Virus record (IMG/VR): IMGVR_UViG_3300046779_000101
Location: 1 to 34,730 of that record
DNA from: a virus
Taxonomy: Duplodnaviria; Caudoviricetes
Length of the DNA: 34,730 nucleotides
Strand: one strand, 5' to 3'
Below are positions 15,112-26,064 of the stretch, piece by piece; the stretch's first letter is position 1; each line of letters opens with the position of its first letter. The notes under the pieces were generated by a model. It was not told the origin of the DNA. It searched no databases and worked only from the letters and a program-made list of their open reading frames with translations. The position numbers and the translations under genes are program-made.

Positions 15112-17694
15112 ATGGCTGACCCCGCCGAATCAGAAAACCAAAACTTACTGCCCGTTCAGGCGTATTTTTCGGTTGACGGGACATTTCAAACCTTCATTGG
15201 TCAGGGTCAGCCGTTTTACGCGACTGTTAACCCGTCACAATCGGGTTTGAACATCACAAACAGCACGATCAACTCAACGACAATCGGTGCTGTCACTCCC
15301 TCTACTGGGGTTTTTACCAATGTCGCAACGACAACGGGAACAATCTCCACCGCGCCTACTGCGAACACAGATATTGTCAACAAGCAATACGTGGATGCGG
15401 TAGCCCAAGGGCTAAACCCAAAGCAAGCGGTAAAGTGCGCCACAACCGCGAATATCACGCTTTCTGGCTTACAGACTATTGACACCTATACCACTCTGTC
15501 AGGTGACCGAGTGTTGGTTAAAAACCAAGGCACAGCGTCTGAGAACGGCATTTATGTCGCATCGGCAAGCGGTTGGACTCGCGCCACAGATATGGACACA
15601 TGGTCGGAAGTGCCAGGCGCTTACACCGTTGTTCTGTATGGTTCGGCCAATTACCAAACTGGTTGGGTTTCCACATCGTCTGATACGGGGATAATCAACG
15701 TCACCGCCATCACCTTTGTGCAGTTTTCGGGGTCTGCGACCTACTTTGCTGGCACAGGTCTGACCCTTGCGGCCAACACCTTCAGCATTACAAATACTGG
15801 CGTAACAGCGGCATCGTACGGTTCAGCTTCTAAGACTCTTACCGCGACTGTCAACGCCCAAGGCCAATTAACGGCACTTTCTGCCTCTGATATTGCCATT
15901 GCTGGCACTCAGATCACAAGCGGGTTAGTAAGTCCGACTTACGGCGGCACAGGGGTCAATAATGGCTCAAACACCCTAACTTGGAACGCAAGCTATACGC
16001 TGAACCAATCGGTTGCGTCTGGTGCTTCACCAACGTTTGTGGGTGCTAACTTTTCGTCAATCCCTAATTCGGCGCTTACTAACAGTTCTGTCACCATTAA
16101 CGGGACTTCCATCGCCCTTGGTGCTTCGGCCACCATCACGGCGGCCAATCCTTTTGCGTTGACTTTGGGAACTGGACTGTCGGGAACTTCTTACGATGGT
16201 TCATCTGCGGTAACTGCGGCCATTGCTAACACAGGGGTTACAGCGGCTTCTTACACGATTCTGAACGCCACAGTTAATGCTCAAGGTCAACTTACTGCGG
16301 CATCAAGCGCTTCAACGACAGGTTCGGGTAATGTGGTTTTGGCCAATGGCCCAACCCTTTCAGCCCCTCTGATTGACAATGCCAATCCTTACATCGACTT
16401 TGGTAACGGCTCTGCTGTGACCCTTGCCGCTGGTCGTATGTGGTACAACGGTTCTAATGGTTCGTGGAACTTGGGCATGGGTGGTGGAAACATTACCCAA
16501 CAAGTTGGCGAGGAACTGTTCAGATACGGCAAGGCTTCTGCTGCGATTACAGATTCACCACTTCAATTGGTCTACAAAACAGGCGTGGTGGGTGCTTCTG
16601 GCGTGATTACCTTTGCCCCTGCGGTGGCGGGAATTACTGACGCAAACAACATTTTGGGCTGTGCAACCGAAAACATCGCCTTAAATGGCTTTGGTCGAAT
16701 CACCACCTACGGCATCATTCACGGCATCACAACCAACGGCACAGCCTATGGTGAAACTTGGGCTGACAACGATGATATCTATTACAACCCAACCACAGGT
16801 GGTTTGACAAAGACTTTGCCAACTGCGCCAGGTCTGAAGATGTTGATCGGTACGGTCATCAACGCTGGTTCTGGTGGTTCTGGTTCGTTTATCGTCAAAT
16901 TGGGCGTTGCGACTTATCTTTCTAAGCTGTCTGACGTGCAATTTACTAGTTTGGCAGACACCAACCTATTGCAATACGACAGCACCGCAGGATATTGGAA
17001 AAACGTAGCAATTGGCTCGGTTTCTGTTGGAACTGCCACCAATTTGGCTGGCGGTGTGGCGGGTGCAGTCCCCTACCAATCAGGCGTTGGGGCAACAGGA
17101 TTCACGGCGGCTGGCACGACAGGTCAGGTCTTGACCTCAAACGGCACAAGCGCACCTACTTGGACAACCCCAACCGCTTACGCCACAGTTACTGACGACA
17201 CAACCACAAACGCCACCCGTTATCCGCTGTTTGCGGCCACCACAGCGGGCAATTTAACGACAGAGTATGTCAGCAGTACCAAGTACCAATTTAACCCCTC
17301 TACGGGCGTTTTAACGGCTACGCAATTTAGCGGGTCTGGTGCTGGTCTGACCTCAATCCCCAATTCAGCACTTACTAACTCAAGCATCACAATTGGCTCA
17401 ACCGCCATCAGCTTGGGGGCGACTGCAACGACCATTGCGGGGCTGACTTCTGTCACATCAACCACTTTTGTGGGCGCTTTGTCTGGTAATGCCTCAACCG
17501 CAACGACTGCGACAACCGCAACAAACGCAACGAACACGGCGATTACTGATGACACGACTACAAACGCCACTTTCTATCCGACTTTTGTAAGCAACACCAC
17601 GGGTAATTTGCCACAAACAGTTTCGTCAACAAAGCTAAAATTCAACCCATCAACGGGGGCTTTGACAGTCAACCAGTTAATCATCGCACCATAA
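15112..17694 (+). CDS. long tail fibre-like protein with internal repeats
   Basis: T/G/S/A-rich; ANITLSGLQTID...GDRVLVKNQ...ENGIY fibre module; duplicated IPNSALTNSS, NTGVTAASY and TDDTTTNAT modules. Confidence 0.8.
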   Translation: MADPAESENQNLLPVQAYFSVDGTFQTFIGQGQPFYATVNPSQSGLNITNSTINSTTIGAVTPSTGVFTNVATTTGTISTAPTANTDIVNKQYVDAVAQGLNPKQAVKCATTANITLSGLQTIDTYTTLSGDRVLVKNQGTASENGIYVASASGWTRATDMDTWSEVPGAYTVVLYGSANYQTGWVSTSSDTGIINVTAITFVQFSGSATYFAGTGLTLAANTFSITNTGVTAASYGSASKTLTATVNAQGQLTALSASDIAIAGTQITSGLVSPTYGGTGVNNGSNTLTWNASYTLNQSVASGASPTFVGANFSSIPNSALTNSSVTINGTSIALGASATITAANPFALTLGTGLSGTSYDGSSAVTAAIANTGVTAASYTILNATVNAQGQLTAASSASTTGSGNVVLANGPTLSAPLIDNANPYIDFGNGSAVTLAAGRMWYNGSNGSWNLGMGGGNITQQVGEELFRYGKASAAITDSPLQLVYKTGVVGASGVITFAPAVAGITDANNILGCATENIALNGFGRITTYGIIHGITTNGTAYGETWADNDDIYYNPTTGGLTKTLPTAPGLKMLIGTVINAGSGGSGSFIVKLGVATYLSKLSDVQFTSLADTNLLQYDSTAGYWKNVAIGSVSVGTATNLAGGVAGAVPYQSGVGATGFTAAGTTGQVLTSNGTSAPTWTTPTAYATVTDDTTTNATRYPLFAATTAGNLTTEYVSSTKYQFNPSTGVLTATQFSGSGAGLTSIPNSALTNSSITIGSTAISLGATATTIAGLTSVTSTTFVGALSGNASTATTATTATNATNTAITDDTTTNATFYPTFVSNTTGNLPQTVSSTKLKFNPSTGALTVNQLIIAP

Positions 17695-17703
17695 GGAAGA
17701 ATC

Positions 17704-19056
17704 ATGGGCAATTTAGTATTTCAAGCAACACTAGGCGGTCAAGTTAACTTGGTCGGCCCTAACACCGCATCCACTTTTAACCTGAACGTTCCTGCTGTTT
17801 CGGCTACTCTGGCGACAACAGACGCAAACACATTTACTGCGGCACAAACTTTTGCGGCTGGTTCAGCAAGCGCCCCCGCTTTAACTACAACAGGCGACAC
17901 AAACACAGGTATCTTCTTCCCTGCTGCTGATACTGTTGGCATCACTACTGGTGGAACTGAGCGTCTGAGAGTTGATAGTGCTGGTAACGGAGGTTTAGGT
18001 GTTACGCCTAGCGCTTGGAGTGCGAACAGACTTGCTTTGCAAATTGGCGGTTCAAGTGGCGGGTATGTTACAGCCAACAGCGGATTGGCAATCAGTTCCA
18101 ATTATTACTATTCATCAGGTGACAAATTTGTTGCTAATGGATATGCGCCGTTATATTACTTAAGTTCTGGTAATGGACAGCATCAATGGTACACATCTAA
18201 CAATAACGCAAGCGGTGCTGGCGCAGCGGTTACTCTCACCCAAGCAATGACGCTTGATGCTAGTGGGAATTTGGGTATTGGTACTTCAAGCCCTGCTGCA
18301 AATCACAGAGTTGATGCGTATCAGGCTTCAAATGACACCTACATTCGCGCTAGAACAAGCGGAACTACTGCGGGATTCATTTCAGAAAACGCTAGCAATA
18401 AGTACTTTGCTGGTGTTTATTACTCAGTAGCAAATGCGTATCAAATTTACGATATTACAAACGGCGCAGCTCGCATGACTATCGACTCCAGCGGTAACTT
18501 GCTGGTGGGGACTACATCGGCGGGTGCTGGTATAGGTTGGACAACTCGTTTTGCTCTTGATGCAGGCGGAAATTACGGCGCTGTTTTCAAAACAAGTTCA
18601 ACAAGCCTTGAATGTATTGATTGCTGGAACGCTGCAACAACAGGTAATAACGCATTTGTTAATTTTTATACAGAAGCAAGCCCTACTGGTAGAGGTTCAA
18701 TTACTTACAACCGTGGGGGCGGTTTAGTTGCGTATAACACAACTTCTGACTATCGCGCCAAAACTGTAACTGGGCCTGTTCAAAATGCGTTGTCAAAACT
18801 TACCTCTTTGAAACCTAGTACTGGTCGCATGAACGGCGCTGAGTTTGACATTGACTTTTTTGTTGCACATGAACTGCAAGAAGTTGTGCCTTCTGCTGTT
18901 ACTGGTGAAAAAGATGCAGTTAAGGAAGATGGAACACCTATTTATCAGATGGTTGACAAGTCTGCATTGATTCCATTGTTGACAGCCGCCATCCAAGAAC
19001 AACAAGCTCTTATCACAGCTTTGACAGCCCGTATTACAGCATTGGAGCAAGCATGA
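17704..19056 (+). CDS. tail fibre with C-terminal intramolecular chaperone (peptidase S74)
   Basis: GNLGIGTSSP-type repeats; TSDYRAK cleavage motif, FVAHELQEVVPSAV, IPLLTAAIQEQQ coiled coil. Confidence 0.88.
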   Translation: MGNLVFQATLGGQVNLVGPNTASTFNLNVPAVSATLATTDANTFTAAQTFAAGSASAPALTTTGDTNTGIFFPAADTVGITTGGTERLRVDSAGNGGLGVTPSAWSANRLALQIGGSSGGYVTANSGLAISSNYYYSSGDKFVANGYAPLYYLSSGNGQHQWYTSNNNASGAGAAVTLTQAMTLDASGNLGIGTSSPAANHRVDAYQASNDTYIRARTSGTTAGFISENASNKYFAGVYYSVANAYQIYDITNGAARMTIDSSGNLLVGTTSAGAGIGWTTRFALDAGGNYGAVFKTSSTSLECIDCWNAATTGNNAFVNFYTEASPTGRGSITYNRGGGLVAYNTTSDYRAKTVTGPVQNALSKLTSLKPSTGRMNGAEFDIDFFVAHELQEVVPSAVTGEKDAVKEDGTPIYQMVDKSALIPLLTAAIQEQQALITALTARITALEQA

Positions 19057-19352
19057 CAAGCATCACATGGAAAATCAATAACCTAGAACGTCAAACCTCT
19101 GATGGTCTTGTAACCGTAGTGCATTGGGGTGCTTCAGCAGAAGATGGAGACTTTGGTGCATCTATCGTGAACACACAAGCCCTAGAGCGAGGTGACTCAT
19201 TCGTGAACTACGACACCCTGACTGAAGAAACAGTCCTTGGTTGGTTGTGGACTAAGGTAGACAAAAAGACTGTAGAAGCTGCTCTAGAGGCTCAGATTGA
19301 GGCTCAGAAGGCCCCTGTGATCTCTAGCGGCTTGCCTTGGGTGACAGAATGA
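19053..19352 (+). CDS. putative tail fibre accessory/assembly protein
   Basis: TWKINNLER...VHW...YDTLTEETVLGW...GLPW. Confidence 0.65.
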   Translation: MTSITWKINNLERQTSDGLVTVVHWGASAEDGDFGASIVNTQALERGDSFVNYDTLTEETVLGWLWTKVDKKTVEAALEAQIEAQKAPVISSGLPWVTE

Positions 19353-19654
19353 CTTTCGTCTGGAAAATCCTAGAACTGTTTGCAAAGGAAGGCCGAATCA
19401 CATCGGCTAAATACCATTGCGCTGTTTCTGATGGTGACAACACCGTAGAGACTGAGGGATATTGGTCTTTCCCTGAAGCGGGAACTGTGCCTTTTGACCA
19501 AGTGACCGAAGAAATGATTGCTGGTTGGATTGAACAAGCCTCTATCAAAGACGGCCAGAGTGTCATAAAATCAAGGCTAGAAGAACAGCTAAAAGCACAA
19601 CAAAAGCCTGTTCCAGCCCCTTGGATGCCGCAAGTCTTTACGCCAAATATTTAA
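19349..19654 (+). CDS. putative tail fibre accessory protein, paralogue of the upstream gene
   Basis: WKILEL...PFDQVTEEMIAGW...PW shares its pattern with 19053-19352; ATG 19349. Confidence 0.6.
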   Translation: MTFVWKILELFAKEGRITSAKYHCAVSDGDNTVETEGYWSFPEAGTVPFDQVTEEMIAGWIEQASIKDGQSVIKSRLEEQLKAQQKPVPAPWMPQVFTPNI

Positions 19655-19663
19655 GGATTCCCT

Positions 19664-20644
19664 ATGGCAATGCCAATTGACATTATCAGCAGAGCGTTAA
19701 AAGATATTGGCGCATTGGAAGCTGGCGAGACACCCACGCCTGATGCGGCACAAGACGCATTTGATATGCTGAATGACCTTGTTGACCAATGGTCAAATGA
19801 GAGTTTCATGGTGTTCAACGTCACAGAGATTATTTTCCCTGTGATTAACGGTCAGACCCAATACACGATTGGCCCAAATCCATCAACTCAGAACTTCATC
19901 GGCGCGTCATTTACTGGCTCGATTTCAGGCAACATCCTGACCGTGACAGGCATCAACTCTGGTGCTGTGGCTCAAGGCCAAACCCTGAGTGGCACAGGCA
20001 TCACTCAAGGCACAAAGATCACAGCAAACCTGACAGGTGCAGGCGGTAATGTGAACGAAGTTGGTACTTACAGGGTAAACATTAACCAAACTGTTGCCTC
20101 AACAACCATTACCGCCAACTATCAAAAGCCTTTGAGCATTGATTCGGCCTTTGTTCGTATCAACACCACATCCAATGGCCAACCCATCTTGAATGGTGGT
20201 TTGGATTACCCTGTGGCGATTCTTGCCCTGCAAGATTACGAAATGATCGGTTTAAAAACGCTAAACGGCCCTTGGCCAAAAGCGTTGTATTACAACCCAA
20301 ATGAAGAATCTGGCAACTTGTTTGTGTGGCCAAACCCCGCCCAAGGCGAAATGCACATCTTTGCAAACACTTTGTTCAGCCGTTACGACAGCCTTTATAC
20401 CGATGTAAACCTGCCACAAGGCTATTCAATGGCTTTGCGTTGGTGCTTGGCTGAACGTCTGATGCCTCAATATGGCAAGGCTAACCAGACTCAAATCGCA
20501 ATGATTCAACAGTATGCGGCTCAATCAAAATCCACCCTCAAGCGAACCAATATGTCACCATTGCAATTGTCTCGCTATCCTGATGCGTTGATGAATTCTC
20601 GCAGCAAAGACGCGGGCTGGATTTTGACTGGCGGCTTTGTTTAA
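19664..20644 (+). CDS. head-to-tail adaptor (P22 gp4-like) with inserted beta domain
   Basis: [11 protein letters not shown]...[27 protein letters not shown]; precedes the gp10-like gene. Confidence 0.75.
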   Translation: MAMPIDIISRALKDIGALEAGETPTPDAAQDAFDMLNDLVDQWSNESFMVFNVTEIIFPVINGQTQYTIGPNPSTQNFIGASFTGSISGNILTVTGINSGAVAQGQTLSGTGITQGTKITANLTGAGGNVNEVGTYRVNINQTVASTTITANYQKPLSIDSAFVRINTTSNGQPILNGGLDYPVAILALQDYEMIGLKTLNGPWPKALYYNPNEESGNLFVWPNPAQGEMHIFANTLFSRYDSLYTDVNLPQGYSMALRWCLAERLMPQYGKANQTQIAMIQQYAAQSKSTLKRTNMSPLQLSRYPDALMNSRSKDAGWILTGGFV

Positions 20645-20654
20645 AGGGTAAAAA

Positions 20655-22652
20655 ATGCCGGATTTTGGCTTTGTCGGCCCAAGTTATGAAGCACCTAGCA
20701 TCTACCAAGATGCCCAGGAATGTATTAACTTTTTCCCTGAAATTGACCCACTCAAACAGCCTGGTGAGCGTGGCGTGGTCGCGCTTTACCCAACGCCAGG
20801 GCTGACAATCAAGGCCGTCTTACCGAACCTTCAAGAAGTTCGCGGTCTGCGTACCTTGTCTGGTGGTGAACAAATGATTGCGGTCTGTGGCCCTTACGTT
20901 TACGTTCTGACTGCCAACCTAGTCCCTGCTGTGGTGGGGTTCTTGAATTCCTCAAGCGGCAAGGTCGGAATTACTGACAACGGCATAAACGCTTACATCG
21001 TGGATGGGGCTTATCGCTACACATGGCGTATTTCAGCGCCTGCGACTGCGGTGTTTACTGGCTCAATCAGCACAACGACTCTGACTGTAAGTTCTGTGTC
21101 AAGCGGCACTATTGCTGTCGGACAATCTCTTTACGGCGTGGGTGTGTCGGCTGAAACCGTCATTACCGCATTGGGAACTGGCACAGGCGGGGCAGGAACT
21201 TACACGGTTAACGTGTCTCAGACTGTGACCGCTGGCGCATTGAATTCTGCAACTGTGGGGGCAACCTTCACCGCGACAATTTCAGGCACTACCATGACCG
21301 TTTCTGCGGTTGCTAGCGGTACTCTTTACCTTGGCCAGACAGTTCAAGGCGCTGGTGTAACGGCCAATTCTGTGATTACCGCTTTGGGTACGGGAACTGG
21401 TGGGGCTGGTACTTACACCTTGAGCGTTTCTAGCACCGTAGGCTCATCAACCACAATGTATGGTTTGAACTTTTCTGTTCTTCCCTCTACCGATGGTGCG
21501 TTCAGCGGCGCAAATACCTGCGACATTATTGACAACTACTTCATTTACAACAATCCCACAACTCAGGAATGGGGCGCGTCTGACCTTCTAAGTCCGATTT
21601 CGCCTGCTTTGAGTTATGGATTGAAAGACGGTTCGCCTGATGACTTGGTGGCTCTGATTGCTGACCACCGCGAAGTTTATTTAATGGGCGAGACTTCTTC
21701 AGAAGTGTGGGTTGATGTGGGTGCTGTGCCTTTTCCTTTCCAAAGAATCCCTGGCACTTCTACCCAACACGGCATTGCTGCGCCATTTTCCCTCTATCGC
21801 CTTGGTAACTCATTTGCTTATGTAAGCCATAACAACCGTGGCCAAGCTCAGATCATGCAAATGAACGGGTACATCCCACAAAGAATTTCCACTCACGCTG
21901 TGGAAAACACTTTGGTTAACCAGACGATTGATGATGCGATTGCTTGGACTTACCAGCTTGAAGGCCACGAAGTCTATGTTGTGACTTTCCCAAGTATCGG
22001 GACAAACGGCCTGACATGGGCTTATGACGCTACAACTCAAATGTGGCACAAATGGCTCTACACCGCTAGCGACAACTCTTATCAGCGTCACCGTGGCAAC
22101 TGCTGTGCGGTCTTTCAGGGCATGGTTCTTGTTGGGGATTACGACAACGGCAAGATTTACCAACTAGACAAAACCAACTTTACTGATGATGGTCAGAACG
22201 TGCGCCGCTTGCGTAGAGCGCCCCACCTTGTTTCTGACTTCCAGCGTCAGTATTTTGATGAACTTCAGATTCAGTTCCAGCCTGGTGTCGGGACTACTGG
22301 TTTGTCTCAGCCTACTGGTGACATTTACCTAAATTCGCCCTACATCATTTACCCTGAAGCGACCTTCACAATTGGCCCGTTCCAGACCTTCATCATTGGT
22401 CAACAGGCTAACTTGGCCACCAACTCCACCACGACCAACCCACAAGCGATGTTGCGATGGTCAAATGACGGTGGTTCAACTTGGTCTAAGGAATATTGGG
22501 TTTCCATCGGTAAATTGGGCAAGTATCAAAATCGTGCCATTTGGCGCAGATTGGGCATGGCGCGGGACAGAATCTTTGAAGTCTCGATTACAGACCCTGT
22601 AAATGCCGTGATTGTGTCAGCTAACCTAAAAGCATACGGGGGTGACAATTGA
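20655..22652 (+). CDS. tail hub / packaged-DNA stabilisation protein (P22 gp10-like) with two inserted domains
   Basis: [48 protein letters not shown] motifs. Confidence 0.85.
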   Translation: MPDFGFVGPSYEAPSIYQDAQECINFFPEIDPLKQPGERGVVALYPTPGLTIKAVLPNLQEVRGLRTLSGGEQMIAVCGPYVYVLTANLVPAVVGFLNSSSGKVGITDNGINAYIVDGAYRYTWRISAPATAVFTGSISTTTLTVSSVSSGTIAVGQSLYGVGVSAETVITALGTGTGGAGTYTVNVSQTVTAGALNSATVGATFTATISGTTMTVSAVASGTLYLGQTVQGAGVTANSVITALGTGTGGAGTYTLSVSSTVGSSTTMYGLNFSVLPSTDGAFSGANTCDIIDNYFIYNNPTTQEWGASDLLSPISPALSYGLKDGSPDDLVALIADHREVYLMGETSSEVWVDVGAVPFPFQRIPGTSTQHGIAAPFSLYRLGNSFAYVSHNNRGQAQIMQMNGYIPQRISTHAVENTLVNQTIDDAIAWTYQLEGHEVYVVTFPSIGTNGLTWAYDATTQMWHKWLYTASDNSYQRHRGNCCAVFQGMVLVGDYDNGKIYQLDKTNFTDDGQNVRRLRRAPHLVSDFQRQYFDELQIQFQPGVGTTGLSQPTGDIYLNSPYIIYPEATFTIGPFQTFIIGQQANLATNSTTTNPQAMLRWSNDGGSTWSKEYWVSIGKLGKYQNRAIWRRLGMARDRIFEVSITDPVNAVIVSANLKAYGGDN

Positions 22653-22885
22653 GCAACGGTTTACCCACAACTTACCAAACAAATCCCTATCCACAGAGTG
22701 AATTTCTGGATGGGAGCACGAAACGACCTACAAGGGCATGGCAACAATTCTTTATGAATCTGTTGAACTTTTCCTCAGCAACAACAGCGACCACGGGGGC
22801 GGCAACGCTTCCCGCTAATCCTGTTGGGTTTATAAATGTGACTGTTAACGGTCAGCCTTACAAAGTGCCTTATTACAATCCTTGA
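22649..22885 (+). CDS. small virion protein at the tail-needle position
   Basis: TTG start overlaps gp10 stop; syntenic with P22 gene 26. Confidence 0.55.
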   Translation: MSNGLPTTYQTNPYPQSEFLDGSTKRPTRAWQQFFMNLLNFSSATTATTGAATLPANPVGFINVTVNGQPYKVPYYNP

Positions 22886-23290
22886 ATGAAAATTCTACGC
22901 ATACCGCCCGAACAAATCTCACAAAGATGGGGACAGATTTCCCCGTTTTTGGCTGATGTTCTAGAGTGTGCGACTGATGATTTCACTCTTGACCAAATGA
23001 AGGTTTACCTAACCAATGGTCAATGGCTAACGCTAGGGGTTTTTGATGAGGCAGACTTAAAGGGCGTGATTACCGTTTCGTTCACAAATATGCCAAACGA
23101 CAGGATTGCGTTTATTACTGCCATTGGTGGCAAAAATATTACCAATTCCGACACTTTTAACCAGTTTCAGACTATCCTAAGAGCGCATGGTGCGACTAAA
23201 ATTCAGGGTGGTGTAAGAGAATCTGTTGCGAGACTTTGGCGCAGGCTTAACTTCAAACAACGCCAAATTTTGGTGGAGTTCAAACTATGA
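22886..23290 (+). CDS. GNAT-like protein (P22 gp14 / T7 gp13 position)
   Basis: IAFITAIGG...GATKIQG...ARLWRRLNF pattern; precedes the ejection genes. Confidence 0.6.
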   Translation: MKILRIPPEQISQRWGQISPFLADVLECATDDFTLDQMKVYLTNGQWLTLGVFDEADLKGVITVSFTNMPNDRIAFITAIGGKNITNSDTFNQFQTILRAHGATKIQGGVRESVARLWRRLNFKQRQILVEFKL

Positions 23291-24714
23291 GATACAACGC
23301 ATTTTTTGGCGAATTACCGCTTAACGCTTTCAAACCCCGCCCTAGTGGGGGAATGACTCTTGAGGGCGGTAACCCGATTTCGGCTGTGACCGATGCGGTG
23401 ACTGATGCTGTTGGTGGCGTTGCCGATGTGGTTGGCGGTGCGGTTGAAACCGTTGGCGATGTTGGCCAAACCGTCATCAATGAGGTCGGAAACGCTGGCA
23501 AGGCAATTGACCAAACTGTTCGCGATGTGTTGCCTGGCGGTTGGACTACCGCCGCATTGTTAGCCGCTGGTTACTACTATCAGCCAGAGATTGCCGCTTA
23601 CATGAATTCACAAGGGGCAACAGTACCCCTTTCCCAAGTGGCTGATGCTAGCGTTGTTGCTGGTGCTACGCCTACCGCCGCCGCCGCTGGTTCAGCAGGC
23701 ACAGGCTTAACCGCTGGTGGAACTGGTTTGGGAATGACCTTGCCACAAGCCACAACTGGTTTGGGCATGACAGCCCCTGCTGGCGCTGGTTTGGCCGCAG
23801 GAACTACCGCAGGCACTTCTGCCGCAAACCTAGCTGGTTTGGGCGCAGGACTTGGAACATCTGGATTGGCTTCTGGAACAGGTTCTTTGTTGGGCGCGGC
23901 TGGTGCAGGTGCGGCTGGCTCTGCTTTAGGTTCTGCCGCCGCAGGTGCTGCGGGTGCGGGTGCAGGCTCAAGCCTTTCATCAATGTTGCCCTACATGACC
24001 GCTGGTCAGATTGGCACAGGTCTTTTACAAGCCAACGCCGCCACCGAAGCCGCCGACATCCAAGCCGCCGCCGCTGATCGTGCCTTGGCTCAACAACAAG
24101 CCAACTTCAATTTAATTAACCAACAGCAAGCCCCATATCGCGGTGCTGGTTATGGCGCTCTGAACAAATTGGCTGGAATGGGTAGCGGTCAAACTCAGAT
24201 GTATGACGAGACAGGCAAGCCAATTGGTGCTGTTACTGGTGCAACTGATTACTTGACTCGCCAATTTAGCCCTGAAGATTTTGCCGCAGGCATTGACCCT
24301 GGCTATGCTTTCAGACTCCAACAAGGTCAAATGGCCAACCAAAGAGCCGCTAACGTTGGCGGTGGTGCTTTGTCTGGCAACACCTTAAAGGGTTTGCAAG
24401 ACTACACACAAGGCTTGGCATCTACTGAATACGGCAACGCTTTTGACAGATTCCAAAAACAACGCCAAAACATTTACAACACTTTGGCGGGTATTGCAGG
24501 CATTGGTCAAGCAGGCCAAACAGCCACAAACACAGCAGGCACTAACTTGGCCAACGCCGCTTCTCAATTGGGTGTCGGTGCGGCTGGCGCTCAAGCCGCT
24601 GGCTTAACTGGTCAAACAAACGCTTTGGCCAACACCGCTCAGAACGTGATTGGCAACTACACTTTGGCATCATTGTTGAACCAGCGTGGCAATGTTGCTT
24701 TACCAACAGGTTAA
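23287..24714 (+). CDS. DNA ejection (pilot) protein, P22 gp7-like
   Basis: Gly/Ala-rich; QAPYRGAG, DPGYAFRLQQG, LSGNTLKGLQDY motifs. Confidence 0.75.
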   Translation: MRYNAFFGELPLNAFKPRPSGGMTLEGGNPISAVTDAVTDAVGGVADVVGGAVETVGDVGQTVINEVGNAGKAIDQTVRDVLPGGWTTAALLAAGYYYQPEIAAYMNSQGATVPLSQVADASVVAGATPTAAAAGSAGTGLTAGGTGLGMTLPQATTGLGMTAPAGAGLAAGTTAGTSAANLAGLGAGLGTSGLASGTGSLLGAAGAGAAGSALGSAAAGAAGAGAGSSLSSMLPYMTAGQIGTGLLQANAATEAADIQAAAADRALAQQQANFNLINQQQAPYRGAGYGALNKLAGMGSGQTQMYDETGKPIGAVTGATDYLTRQFSPEDFAAGIDPGYAFRLQQGQMANQRAANVGGGALSGNTLKGLQDYTQGLASTEYGNAFDRFQKQRQNIYNTLAGIAGIGQAGQTATNTAGTNLANAASQLGVGAAGAQAAGLTGQTNALANTAQNVIGNYTLASLLNQRGNVALPTG

Positions 24715-24723
24715 GGATTAAAG

Positions 24724-26064
24724 ATGGCTGACTATCAATTCAACACAAACCTTGGCCCTGCCCTTCAACAAGGCACAAACATTGCCGATATGGTAAACCT
24801 TGCACGTGGTGTGCAGTCTTACCAACAAGCTCAAGAACTCAACCCTTTGGCTGTGCAAAAAGCCAAGATGGAAATTGAGCAAGCGCAGAAGTTAAATCCT
24901 TTGGCTGTTCGTCAACAGACCGCCCAAACTGGTACGGCTGAACTTGGCTTGAGTTCTGCCCAAACCGAAAAACTGTATGGTTTGGCTGGTGGCGTGTTGA
25001 ATGACCCACGACTGAAAAGCAAAAAGCCAGAAGAAGTGATGGGTGCTTTGTACGAAGCTCAACAACGTGCCTCAACTTATGGTTTGCCAAAAGAAACCGT
25101 TGATGGTGTGTTTAACCCATTGTTCCAAACCGCACAAAAGCGCCCTGAAGCGGTGAAGCAGGCCATCAACAATATCGTTCAAAGCCGCTTGCCTGCTGAA
25201 TCACAGACAGCCTTGCAAATGGGTGGAACTGTTGAAATCAATGGCGTTAAATACCAATATGCCCCTGCCTCTGGCAAACTTGAGCAAATTGGTGGCGGTG
25301 CTGCACCTTCTGCCGTACCCGCCGCACCTACCGCGCCCTCTACGCCTTCAGCGCCTTCTGCCCCGTCAGAAATGCGTGGCCTTGTTCGCCAAGATATGCC
25401 TGTTGCCTCTGGTGGTGTTCCGCAAATGAACACACAGCAAACTGCTCGATATGACGAAGGCCAAAAGATTCAAGCCGAATCCACAAGCCTTGCACAAGCC
25501 GCCCAAGAAGCCAAGCAAACATCACGCAAGATCAAAGAAAACATTGCCGCCGCCTCTGGAAGCAAGCCTGGCCAATTAATTCGCTCTGCTGGTAAGTTCA
25601 TTGCTGGTAGTGAGGAACTTGACGAGTTGGTCAAGAACTTGGCAGACAACCAAATGCGTCAAGCCGTATTGATGGGCGCAAGTCAAGCCACAGATCAAGC
25701 CCGTCAAGTGGTGGCTTTGGCGAATGGTAGCGAAAACATTACCGCAGGCGCTTTGGCTCAGATTGTTCAACGCGCCGATGCAACTTCTACCGCTTTGGAG
25801 AAGTTCAACAAAGGTCTGAACAAATACTTTGAGAAGTCTGGTGCATACAACGGCCCAATCCATGCGAGAAACTTTAAGCAAACATGGGCTGATAACTATG
25901 ACCCACGAATTTTCATGGTTCAGAACGTCAATTCTTCTGATATGTCACCCGCTGAGAAACAAGCGCAACTGCAATTGATTCTTAAGGGTACATCAGAGCA
26001 AGAGCGTAAAGATTTGGCTAAAAAGGCTGAGATTATCAAACGCTTAGAAAGAGGTGATTTCTAA
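24724..26064 (+). CDS. DNA ejection protein (gp20 position)
   Basis: Gln/Ala-rich helical protein, second of three; synteny. Confidence 0.6.
   Translation: MADYQFNTNLGPALQQGTNIADMVNLARGVQSYQQAQELNPLAVQKAKMEIEQAQKLNPLAVRQQTAQTGTAELGLSSAQTEKLYGLAGGVLNDPRLKSKKPEEVMGALYEAQQRASTYGLPKETVDGVFNPLFQTAQKRPEAVKQAINNIVQSRLPAESQTALQMGGTVEINGVKYQYAPASGKLEQIGGGAAPSAVPAAPTAPSTPSAPSAPSEMRGLVRQDMPVASGGVPQMNTQQTARYDEGQKIQAESTSLAQAAQEAKQTSRKIKENIAAASGSKPGQLIRSAGKFIAGSEELDELVKNLADNQMRQAVLMGASQATDQARQVVALANGSENITAGALAQIVQRADATSTALEKFNKGLNKYFEKSGAYNGPIHARNFKQTWADNYDPRIFMVQNVNSSDMSPAEKQAQLQLILKGTSEQERKDLAKKAEIIKRLERGDF

Noticed and set aside
15112-19056. Diversity-generating retroelement or invertible fibre cassette
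   Set aside because: No reverse transcriptase or invertase; fibre repeats are diverged protein modules, not adenine-specific TR/VR pairs
23640-23990. Gly/Ala low-complexity repeats
   Set aside because: Typical of podovirus pilot proteins; no exact DNA repeat unit
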